From assembly GCF_006345805.1 (NCBI RefSeq), contig NC_042998.1:68324001-68388000 (forward strand): 64,000 nt of DNA, given 5' to 3'. This stretch comes from Octopus sinensis (lineage: Eukaryota). Every line of letters starts with the position of its first letter. Within the stretch, counting starts at the first letter, position 1. Below are positions 1-10,616 of the stretch, piece by piece. Made by a program: the position numbers and the translations under genes. Under the pieces are notes generated by a model. It did no database searches. It worked only from the letters and a program-made list of their open reading frames with translations, and was not told the origin of the DNA.

Positions 1-66
1 GACTGAACCCGAACCATGTGGTTGGTTAGCAAGCTACTTATACCACACAGCCACTCCTGTATATAT

Positions 67-169
<103 letters not shown>

Positions 170-766
170 AATATACTATTATATCTATATATTATATATA
201 TAGATAGTCGTAGTAGTAACAGAAAATAGATATATATATATATATATATAAAACTTTCATCGGCCTGATTCTAAAGGTAAGAATCTTGGGTAATACTCTT
301 ACCCAAGATACCACGCGGTGGGACTGAACCTGAAACTACGTGGTCAAGAAACAAACTTCTTACTATACAGCCACGCTTGCACCTATTGTTGTTGTTTCAG
401 TTATTATTGTTATTTCTTATGTGTTCTGGTTGTTGCTGCTGTTGCTGTTCATTTCTTTCTCTTTACATTTAGATCTTAATTATTCCTTCCTTCCCCATCT
501 TCTTTTTCTTCTTCGTCCTTTTCCTTCTTACACGTAACAATGCTTGTCCTTTCCTTTAAATTAGATTTTCTAAGACTTCTTTCTTCATTCATTCCAAGCA
601 TCTCAATGACATTCCTAAGTCCTCTTCCAAACTCACCTTTACACTTATAATCCAAATAACCTTGAATTATTAGCAAATCTACTCAGCAACTTATCAATGC
701 CGTTAAACAGAAGCATAACAGCTACCAACCTTATTATTTCCATCATATTATCGAAACTACTATAAG

Positions 767-1200
767 GTAGTGAGCGGGGGAAATGCTTAGCAGTATTTCG
801 TCTATCTTTACGTTCTGAGATCAAATTACGCCGAGGTCGATTTTTGTCTTTCATTCTTTCGGGGTCGTTGGTCGTTAAATTAAATGCCAATTGTGTACTA
901 GGGTTGATCTAATCGACTGGCCCCCTCCTCAAAAATTTCGGGACTTGTTCCTAGAGTAGAAAAGATTCTACAGCAATCTTTTGAGGCGGCGAGCTGGCAG
1001 AAACGTTAGCACGCCGAGTGAAATGCTTAGTAGTATTTCGTCTATGTTTACGTTCTGAGATCAAATTCCGCCGAGATAGATCTTTGTCGTTCACACTTTT
1101 GGGGTCGATAAATTAAGTACCAGTTGCTTACCGGGGTCGATCTAATCGACTGGCTCCCTCTCCTGAAATTTCGGGCCTTGTGCCTAGAATAGAAAAGATT
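767..1200 (+). mobile_element. Two tandem tRNA-derived SINE copies (family C)
   Basis: Head GGCGGCGAGCTGGCAGAAACGTTAGC...GAGTTCAAATTCC (A/B-box-like). Homologous copies at ~9290-9420(-), 9690-9840(-), 10790-10975(-), 24622-24835(+), 52932-53310(+) and 54464-54640(+). Confidence 0.8.
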
Positions 1201-1418
1201 ATCAAAACTACTTCATTCCACAAATTCAATTCCTTCTTTTCTTGCTATATCTTTTATGTCTTACTTGCTTTGGTCATTAGAATGCAGCCATGCTGGGGCT
1301 CTGCCTTGAAGAATTTAGTTGAAGGATCGACCTCTGTGCTTATTTCTATTTAAGCCTAGTATATATATAATATATATAGACGCAAAATTCTAGTGAGTAG
1401 GATCCCAGAAAAACAGGG

Positions 1419-1490
1419 TCTCACTGAAGAATTCTCCCTGGGCAAATAAATTATCTTTATTGCTGAAAAGAAAGAAACTGCAGTCTGAGA
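1419..1490 (+). ncRNA. Type I hammerhead ribozyme, array copy 1
   Basis: Stem I TCTCA/TGAGA; core CTGAAGA 1424-1430; extended stem II; GAAA 1474-1477; palindromic stem III ACTGCAGT; GTC cleavage triplet (cut after 1485). Confidence 0.85.
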
Positions 1491-1816
1491 ATTTACCGGT
1501 TTAGTAAATGTTTTTATCTTCATTTCACTTAATTTATCAAGCTTCTGTATTCCTAGCACATATTTCGCCTTAATGTACTGATATATGAAAAATATATGGC
1601 TTGTGTTAGTAATACCAGCGATTATAATTATTTTTATTTTATCGCAATTTGATTTGTTTACATATTTCTCGATATAATTATGAGCGCCAGGCGATATACC
1701 AGAATTCCCTAGTGTTGTCGGGACGTTCGGAGTCTGCGCAGTGATATGATTAGTTAGGAAGAGTAAATCATTAGACGCACATGCTTCTAGTGAGTTAGGA
1801 TCCCAGAAAAACAGGG

Positions 1817-1887
1817 TCTCACTGAAGAATTCTCCCTGGGCAAATAAATTATCTTATTGCTGAAAAGAAAGAAACTGCAGTCTGAGA
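1817..1887 (+). ncRNA. Type I hammerhead ribozyme, array copy 2
   Basis: Same elements as copy 1; predicted cut after 1882. Confidence 0.85.
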
Positions 1888-2218
1888 ATTTACCGGTTAG
1901 TAAATGTTTTTATCTTCATTTCACTTAATTTATCAAGCTTCTGTATTCCTAGCACATATTTCGCCTTAATGTACTGATATATGAAAAATATATGGCTTGT
2001 GTTAGTAATACCAGCGATTATAATTATTTTTAATTTATCGCAATTTGATTTGTTTACATATTTCTCGATAAATTATGAGCGCCAGGCGATATACCAGAAT
2101 TCCCTAGTGTTGTCGGGACGTTCGGAGTCTGCGCAGTGCGCAGTGATATGATTAGTTAGGAAGAGTAAATCATTAGACGCACATGCTTCTAGTGAGTTAT
2201 GATCCCAGAAAAACAGGG

Positions 2219-2290
2219 TCTCACTGAAGAATTCTCCCTGGGCCAATAAATTATCTTTATTGCTGAAAAGAAAGAAACTGCAGTCTGAGA
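2219..2290 (+). ncRNA. Type I hammerhead ribozyme, array copy 3
   Basis: Same elements; predicted cut after 2285. Confidence 0.85.
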
Positions 2291-2613
2291 ATTTACCGGT
2301 TTAGTAAATGTTTTTATCTTCATTTCACTTAATTTATCAAGCTTCTGTATTCCTAGCACATATTTCGCCTTAATGTACTGATATATGAAAAATATATGGC
2401 TTGTGTTAGTAATACCAGCGATTATAATTATTTTTATTTTATCGCAATTGATTTGTTTACATATTTCTCGATAAATTATGAGCGCCAGGCGATATACCAG
2501 AATTCCCTAGTGTTGTCGGGACGTTCGGAGTCTGCGCAGTGATATGATTAGTTAGGAAGAGTAAATCATTAGACGCACATGCTTCTAGTGAGTTAGGATC
2601 CCGAAAAACAGGG

Positions 2614-2684
2614 TCTCACTGAAGAATTCTCCTGGGCAAATAAATTATCTTTATTGCTGAAAAGAAAGAAACTGCAGTCTGAGA
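2614..2684 (+). ncRNA. Type I hammerhead ribozyme, array copy 4
   Basis: Same elements; predicted cut after 2679. Confidence 0.83.
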
Positions 2685-3006
2685 ATTTACCGGTTTAGTA
2701 AATTTTTTATCTTCATTTCACTTAATTTATCAAGCTTCTGTATTCCTAGCACATATTTCGCCTTAATGTACTGATATATGAAAAATATATGGCTTGTGTT
2801 AGTATACCAGCGATTATAATTATTTTTATTTTATCGCAATTTGATTTGTTTACATATTTCTCGATAAATTATGAGCGCCAGGCGATATACCAGAATTCCT
2901 AGTGTTGTCGGGACGCTCGGAGTCTGCGCAGTGATATGATTAGTTAGGAAGAGTAAATCATTAGACGCACATGCTTCTAGTGAGTTAGGATCCCAGAAAA
3001 ACAGGG

Positions 3007-3077
3007 TCTCACTGAAGAATTCTCCCTGGGCAAATAAATTATCTTTATTGCTGAAAAGAAAGAACTGCAGTCTGAGA
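3007..3077 (+). ncRNA. Type I hammerhead ribozyme, array copy 5 (GAAA reads GAA)
   Basis: One A is missing from GAAA (mutation or homopolymer read error); predicted cut after 3072. Confidence 0.7.
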
Positions 3078-3400
3078 ATTTACCGGTTTAGTAAATGTTT
3101 TTATCTTCATTCACTTAATTTATCAAGCTTCTGTATTCCTAGCACATATTTCGCCTTAATGTACTGATATATGAAAAATATATGGCTTGTGTTAGTAATA
3201 CCAGCGATTATATTATTTTTATTTTATCGCAATTTGATTTGTTTACATATTTCTCGATAAATTATGAGCGCCAGGCGATATACCAGAATTCCCTAGTGTT
3301 GTCGGGACGTTCGGAGTCTGCGCAGTGATATGATTAGTTAGGAAGAGTAAATCATTAGACGCACATGCTTCTAGTGAGTTAGGATCCCAGAAAAACAGGG

Positions 3401-3472
3401 TCTCACTGAAGAATTCTCCCTGGGCAAATAAATTATCTTTATTGCTGAAAAGAAAGAAACTGCAGTCTGAGA
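3401..3472 (+). ncRNA. Type I hammerhead ribozyme, array copy 6
   Basis: Same elements; predicted cut after 3467. Confidence 0.85.
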
Positions 3473-3654
3473 ATTTACCGTTTTAGTAAATGTTTTTATC
3501 TTCATTTCACTTAATTTATCAAGCTTCTGTATTCCTAGCACATATTTCGCCTTAATGTACTGATATATGAAAAATATATGGCTTGTGTTAGTAATACCAG
3601 CGATTATAATTATTTTTATTTTACGCAATTTGATTTGTTTATATATATATATAT

Positions 3655-3720
<66 letters not shown>

Positions 3721-3758
3721 TATATGTATATATATATATTATATATATATATATATGT

Positions 3759-3937
<179 letters not shown>

Positions 3938-3961
3938 TATATATATATACATACATACATA

Positions 3962-5341
3962 TATGCGTATAATAAGGGATGACCACTAAGTGGATATCCA
4001 ATATGCTAGAAGAAAATCATCTACGATCTAACCACAAAAAAAGAATGTTCTCTAGAGAAATTCAGCACACACCTGAATATAAGCGTGTAAGACAGATGAA
4101 AATTTTCATCTATTTTCATCGAACTTATTTATTCCGTAAATATAGCAACCAATTACAGAGAAATATGAAAGAAAAAATTAAGGAAATTAACAACTCGAAT
4201 ACGATCTTCGTTAATTCTGATAAGACAAGAAACTTATATGCACTTGATAAGGACGTTTACAAGCGTCTAATTTCGAATAGCGTCACAGACACATACAAGA
4301 AAGATAACACAAATATATACAAAGAGGTGAATTTGGAGGCAAGAAGAATAGCTAACAATCTTAAGATTAGCGATAGGATAGAATATCTTTCTTCACGACT
4401 CGCTTTTATGGCCCTGAGAGACAATAAAGCCAATTTTAATAGAAACCCCAAATGTAGATTGATCAACCTGGCTAAAACTGCAATAGGCATTATTAGCAAA
4501 TATATTTTATATCGTCAATTTCTTCGGATGAGGCAGCATTCCATAATGCTGCACCTTATTACGATAGCGCATTAAGGAATAGTGGATTTTCTGAGAAGAT
4601 CCAGTATAGCCGACTTAATGCTAGTAGTAACGCTACACGTAGAACTAGGACCAGGAAAGTTTTGTGGTTCAACCCAGCTTTTAATTTGGTCGTAAAAACA
4701 AACATAGGTAGGGAATTCTTGAAATTAGTCTCTAGGCATTTTAAACAGGATCATAAATTTTATAGAATATTTAATAGAAGAACCCTTAAGATAAGCTATT
4801 CATGTTGCAGGAACTTCACCTCTTATGTTAACCAGCACAACAGGAAATTAATTGATAATAAACATAGTGCCGATCCTCTTAAAAAAATGTAATTGCAAAG
4901 ATGGATCCTCCTGTCCGTTGGAAGGGAAATGGTTGGAAAAAGGAGTCGTATATAGAGCCAAGGTGCAAACAGAAGGCTCACCTGAATATAAGACTTATAC
5001 AAGGGCTTCTGAAAATCCTTTTAAAACCCGATTTTATTCGCACAAAAATTCCTTTCGATACCCAGAAAATAAGACGAAGACCAGCCTGGCGAAATATGTC
5101 TGGGAACTAAAAGAAAAAAGAAACTCGACCTTTCAACGTGTCATGGAGCATTCTAGATAGAGCGGCACCATAAAGGCACGGAGCACATAGGAAGAATTTC
5201 AAATGCGATCTTTGTTTATTAGAAAAATATTTCATATTATTCCAAGATATTAATTCTTTGAATCAAAGAAGCGAACTTTTGAACTCATGCAGGCACGCAA
5301 CCAAATTCAAAATGTCGAACATCAATATCCCATATGAATAG
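3962..5341 (+). mobile_element. Penelope-like element (Hydra-clade-like), internally deleted, GIY-YIG endonuclease remnant
   Basis: SDKTRNLY...YKK, AFMALRDNKANF..PKCRLINLAKTAIGIISKYIL, then ISSISSDEAAFHNAAPYYDSALRNSGF, WFNPAF, KISYSC, CNCKDGSSCPLEG, VVYRAKV, CDLCLLEK and LNQRSELLNSCRH. Frameshifted; the RT catalytic core is absent. Confidence 0.85.
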
Positions 5342-6602
5342 CATATATTTTTGTTTTTGATTTTTTTATTCTTGGACTAGTTTTTGATCACACTGTTGGA
5401 TTTGTTTCGCATTATGCAGGTTTTATTCCGCATCGCAAAGTTTTGTATATATTTTGTTTATATTTCGATATATTTTCTTAAGAAAAAACCTTCGACTTAG
5501 TTTATTTCATTTTGTCATATTGTATAAACTCACTTTGGTCATTTAATTTATAGATAATCCAATATAGGGTGTTATATTTTGCATGTCGTTTATCTAAAAT
5601 TTTTATTATTATGCACTCAGCAATTTTTTAAAAAAATAATGTTGTTTGTAAATACGTCAGATCCTAGACATGTTTTTATGTTTGTATTGGCATGCATATA
5701 TATTTCTAAGCATGCGTCTATGTATATGTGTTAGTGAGCGTGTATGTATGATGTATGTGTATGCATTCACTTGGATTTGTGTGGATGTTTTTGCATACTT
5801 GTCTCTCTCTATATATATATGTGTGTTCTTATATGTGTATTTACTGCGTACATACGCTTTTATATACACTTGTATACGTAATTTTATCTTGTGAACATTC
5901 ATTACGTATAGTCAGACTTTTTTCTTTTTTCTTTTTTCTTTTTCTTTTTTCTTTCTTCCTTTCTTTCGTTATTTTTTCTCTCCCAATTCGTTACTTTTAT
6001 AGAATCCTGTAACTTTACGCCCCCCTCCCCTTTCTTATTCACGTCTTTAGCTTCCTGTTGCTTATAAGATAGTTACCTTTCGTTTCTTCTCCCTCCCTGG
6101 GTTTTGCTCATAGTCTATATGTAAACACCAAGTGAGTTTTGCATGCGAGCAAGATTGCGTATACATATGTGCACATGTATTTGTGTGTATATTTTCGTTT
6201 TGCATTTATATGTCTGTATATGCATGTGGTCTGCGCACATCTATCTGTGTATTTTGATGTATACATGTATATTGATGGTTTAGCATGTGTATATACTGTT
6301 GTAAAATATTTTAATATATTTTAATGTATTTTAATTTCAATTTTTATGTATTAATTGTATTAATCGAATTATATTTTCTCCATAACTAATTACAATATGC
6401 ATTTGAATCAAATCTTCGATTTAAGGTTTTTCCTCGATTTTTATAATTTTACATTCAACTCATTTATTTGTTTTGTTTATTTTTGTTTATCGCTCGCATA
6501 TGACCGTTATTTGAAAGGACCAATCAAACAAATCCATATTTAAAGGTGTGTAGCTTATGCTAGTCTTGATCGAATTGTCATTTCGGTTCTATTTTAACAA
6601 AA

Positions 6603-6640
6603 CTGTCCGACGAACGGGAACGTGAAACTCCGAGTAACAG
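6603..6640 (+). ncRNA. Minimal type I hammerhead in PLE-type 3' module
   Basis: CTGT-CCGACGA-ACG GGAA CGT-GAAA-CTC C GAG-TA-ACAG. The module continues ~110 bp to (TA)n; homologues at 26406 and 36889. Confidence 0.75.
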
Positions 6641-7032
6641 CTTTTGTAAAATTTCTGCTGCTTTTAAATAAAGCATATAACTCTACCTCTGGTATTTGAA
6701 TACTCTTTTTTACCACCTTGTTTCACATTTATGTGTTTACTCCGGTATATATTTATATATATAAGTGGAACAGCCACTAAGGTGGATTTCTAGCACGCTA
6801 GAAAACGCTAAATCGCCTTAAAAATTTTTGAAAACATTTTCTTCGTGGTAAGGGGATTTGGCGTTTTCTTCTAGCATACTAGGAATCCACCTTGGTGGCT
6901 ATTCCTCTTATTTAATATATGTAATAATTCATAGTACTCGGACATTTTAAAATAAGCTAGTCACTGGTTTAAATTAATATTATTTAATAATATTAATTTC
7001 TACCCTTTTTATTTAATTCATATATATTTATA

Positions 7033-7488
7033 GGCGCTGGAGTGGCTGTGTGGTAAGTAGCTTGCTAACCAACCACATGGTTCCGGGTTCAGTCCCACTG
7101 CGTGGCATCTTGGGCAAGTGTCTTCTGCTATAGCCCCGGGCCGACCAATGCCTTGTGAGTGGATTTGGTAGACGGAAACTGAAAGAAGCCCGTCGTATAT
7201 AGGTATATATATATATATATATTATATATATAATATATATATATATATATTATATATAATATATATATATGTGTGTGTGTGTTTGTGTGTCTGTGTTTGT
7301 CCCCCTAGCATTGCTTGACAACCGATGCTGGTGTGTTTATGTCCCGTTACTTAGCAGTCGGCAAAAGAGACCGATAGAAAAAGTACTGAGCTTACAAAGA
7401 ATAAGTCCCGGGGTCGATTTGCTCGACTAAAGGCGGTGCTCCAGCATGGCACAGTCAAATTACTGAAACAAGTAAAAGAGTAAAAGAG
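7033..7488 (+). mobile_element. tRNA-derived SINE family A, full length, with internal (TA)n(TG)n
   Basis: Head GGCGCTGGAGTGGCTGTGTGGTAAG...GGGTTCAGTCCC; CORE-like CTTGGGCAAGTG; tail GTAAAAGAG repeats. Many partial copies across the window. Confidence 0.85.
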
Positions 7489-7514
7489 TATATTATATAT
7501 ATATATATTATAGA

Positions 7515-7580
<66 letters not shown>

Positions 7581-7694
7581 TAGAGACCGGTGTTCTCTAT
7601 ATAGCATACACTTCAAAGTGCTCCAGAGATTTGGACTTGAGCCGTAGAATTTTACATTTGAGGTGTTGACAGGATGGAGGCCAATGTAAAATTC

Positions 7695-7786
7695 TCCCCT
7701 GAAGATGGAGGTGGTATTATCCGATAATGGATCCAAGTAACTATCGTTATTCCGGACCACCAAGGTCCCAGAAACAGCTGTTGGAC
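7695..7786 (+). ncRNA. Hammerhead-like motif with long stem II
   Basis: CTGAAGA 7699-7705; TGG/CCA plus GGTGGT/ACCACC stem II; GAAA-CAGCTG-TT (palindrome AACAGCTGTT); stem I is weak. Confidence 0.55.
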
Positions 7787-8002
7787 TCGTAAAACTCTAC
7801 CCGTTTAACTCCCGATATCATTTATATTTTGTATGTCGGACTATTCTATATTTATACACATGTACATTTTTTATTAAATGTATTTAATATTCTGTGTATA
7901 TCGACTTGCCTGACTTGCTTGTCATTACATTTACTCATATTTGCCATGATAGATCGCTAGCCACAACACCTTCTTTATTTTCTCTCCTTTCTTTCTGTGT
8001 TT

Positions 8003-8039
8003 CTATCTCTGGAAGAGCGTAGGCTCGAAACGTTAAAGA
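8003..8039 (+). ncRNA. Degenerate hammerhead-like motif (family shared with 38794)
   Basis: GAGC GTAG GCTC-GAAA-CG-TT-AAAG; the 5' core is damaged. It lies in a ~150-bp module shared with 38730-38890. Confidence 0.4.
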
Positions 8040-8744
8040 CTTTTCACTTCCCGAGCGTTATACTAATACATCTGTTTGTTGTCTACACCACCTATATATA
8101 TATATATATATAACCACTGAAGTTAAGGTCTGGTCATAGAGTGATCAATGGTTTCGCATCCATGAAAGCCGCAGCCTTGTGAACAGCTACCAGACTCTAT
8201 ACAAAGACAAGTTTAACTCTTCACCTCGTGGAGGAGGAAGAATGTTACGGTCAATTGGTCAAACGTCCATCAGAGAAAGAAAGTTCCAGTGTTGGTGAGT
8301 ACGGGTTGTCTCCCCTAGATCAGCCAAAATTGGGAAACAGGGCCCTATCACATGGTCTGCTAACAAAACGTAGTGGCTCTTATGAGATTAATCAGTGAAC
8401 GGAGAATCCTAATTTTGCGGCATGTAGCGCTTGAAACGGATTGTGTGTAGTGGGCAGGTGTCTACGATGAGCTTCTTTCAGTTTCTGTCGACCAAACCCA
8501 CTCACAAGGCTATAGTAGAAGATACTTGCCCAAGCTCACATGCTGTGGGACTGAACCCGGAACAATGTGGTTGAGACTCAAATTTCTTACCACACAACCA
8601 CAATGGCCTCTATTCTTCAGAGCTGGCTGGTGTTATACCTTCACCTTCAGTTACACCCAACCCACTGTATATGAGGAGTGATATAATGTGGTTTTGTTTT
8701 TTAACTTGTTAAACATCTATAGATAGAGTATTGAAAAGGTATGT

Positions 8745-9030
8745 TTAGTCGCGTCTCGCGACCATAATAGCAAAGGCATCGCTGCGAAGAATAGCCAGAG
8801 ATACTTCATGTAACAGGCATCCCACCTCGTAGGGCTCATTTCTCAGACGGGTTACAGTTATCCTGTAATCAGCAGTGTAGGGTCCTAAAATACCTGAGGT
8901 CTCGACGGCGACCGGCACAAACTGATAGCCGCCGATCAAGTTCCTTAATTTGTTTATTTATCTCTTCTCTGCCTTACGGGTGGCGATATCCGGGTTTGCG
9001 GCCGAAGCAGTAACATGGGTAACTGTTTCT
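8745..9030 (-). pseudogene. CRE-like non-LTR retrotransposon RLE C-terminal remnant
   Basis: ATRKAEKR..K.....YQFVPVAVETSGILGP...EP.E...L...SLAILRSDAFAI resembles the FVPxAxET.G..G...LSxAIQRGNA motif. Confidence 0.7.
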
Positions 9031-10585
9031 TCGTAACCTCTGTTATATTAGATCGCTACATGATTTATTCTAGCCCATCACATAGCTTCTGATAGGATGG
9101 CTTTGATTCACTTCTGCAGCCAAGAAATACAAGACCAGCTTACAATATATATAGGTGAATTTACATAAACAAATGAGGGCAAGAAATGGAGTAAAAGAGG
9201 ATGAGTATAAGATAAAAAAGGAAAACATAGTACACAAGATATATGATCACATATATGATACAGTTATCGTGCTACAAGAGAGCATCCAACTAGGGCCGGT
9301 CAAGGAAACCCAAGTCGACCTCAGCCGAATTTGAACTTAGAACGTAAAGATCGTTAAGCATTTTGTCCAGCGTGCTGACAATTCTGCAAGTTCACCGCCT
9401 TAATAATTGCCTTAAAATTTTGGTAAAAGACCAGCAGTTTTGAAGTGTGGGGTCTTCCGATTACATTGAGCCCAGCACTTGACTGCTACTTTACTTTATC
9501 AAGCCTGAAAGAACAAAAGGTAAATTTGACATCGGTGGAATTTGAACCCAGATCGTAAATAATCCGGAATGGGTGTCACAAGACATATTGTTTGATGCTC
9601 TAACAGTTCCTCCAATCCACTGTTCAAAGAAACTTGCTTCAGATTTTGGCGCAGGGTTAACAGTTTTAATGGGTGAGGATTAGTCGATTACATCGACCCC
9701 AGTACTTAACTGGTACTTATTTTATCAACCCCGAAAGGATGCATGGCAAAGTCAACCTCAACTGAATCCGAAATCAGAACGTAAAAGTCGGAATATAGAA
9801 ATCCTGCCTGACGCGCTAACAATTCTGCCAGCTCGCCAGAGCGAGGGTACCACGACCCCGAAAGGATGAAAGGTAAAGTCGACCTCGGTGGAATTTCAAG
9901 TCAAAACGTAAAGCCGGAAGAAATGCCGCTTTGCATAGGCATGTGTTTGTCCCCCCCCCCCCCCCACAAAAAAAAATATCGCTTGACAACCGATGCTGGT
10001 GTGTTTACGTTGGCAAAAGATACCGATAGAATAAGTACTAGGCTTACAAAGAATAAGTCCTGGGGTCGATTTGCTCGACTAAAGGCGGTGCTCCAGCATG
10101 GCCACAGTCAAATAACAAACAAATAAAAGAGTATGTATTTTCTTCGATGCGCTAACGATTCAGTCAGCTCACCGCCTTCAGTTCCCTAATTATAATAATG
10201 GTTTCTCATTTAGGCCCAAGGCCAATAACTTTTAGGACACTTTGTTTCATGAACCTAGTGTGGATGAAAGGCAAAGATAACCTTGGCAATATTTGAACTC
10301 AGAACACAAAGTGCCGGAACAAATATCAGAACACCATTTTTCCTGTGCTTTATCGATTCAACCAGCTCGCTGCAAATTGTCGTTTATCTTCTATTTGTTC
10401 CAGTTATTGGACTGTGACCATGCTGGAGCACACCCTAGGAGAGTTTTAGCCGAACAAATCTCCTCCTGTTCTTATGATTTTTAAAGTCTGCTACTTATTC
10501 TACTGGTCTTTTTTGCTGAACTGCTAAGTTACAAAGATATAAACAAACCAACACTGGTTGTCAAGTGATAAGATGGGGTGGTGAG

Positions 10586-10616
<31 letters not shown>

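Larger units (their letters stand above)
1377..3640 (+). repeat. ~397-bp tandem array (~5.7 units), hammerhead-containing, retrozyme-like
   Basis: The unit motif CTAGTGAG(T)TAGGATCCC recurs at 1390, 1787, 2189, 2585, 2977 and 3371. Copies differ mostly by 1-nt indels. (TA)n flanks both sides and each unit holds one HHR. Confidence 0.95.

Noticed and set aside
985-1075. SINE heads as functional tRNA genes (also 7033, 13688, 55177, 58290)
   Set aside because: They have A/B boxes but no complete cloverleaf, and they continue into SINE bodies.
1356-3628. Minus-strand 67-85 aa ORFs in the 397-bp array
   Set aside because: No recognisable motif, and broken by indels in other units; the conserved signal is the plus-strand RNA structure.
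1377-3640. CRISPR array, rRNA/snRNA cluster or cloning-vector polylinker (BamHI, EcoRI, PstI, HindIII, AgeI sites)
   Set aside because: There are no unique spacers and no 5S, U-snRNA or tRNA similarity that I recognise. The sites are scattered, and the PstI site is explained as HHR stem III.
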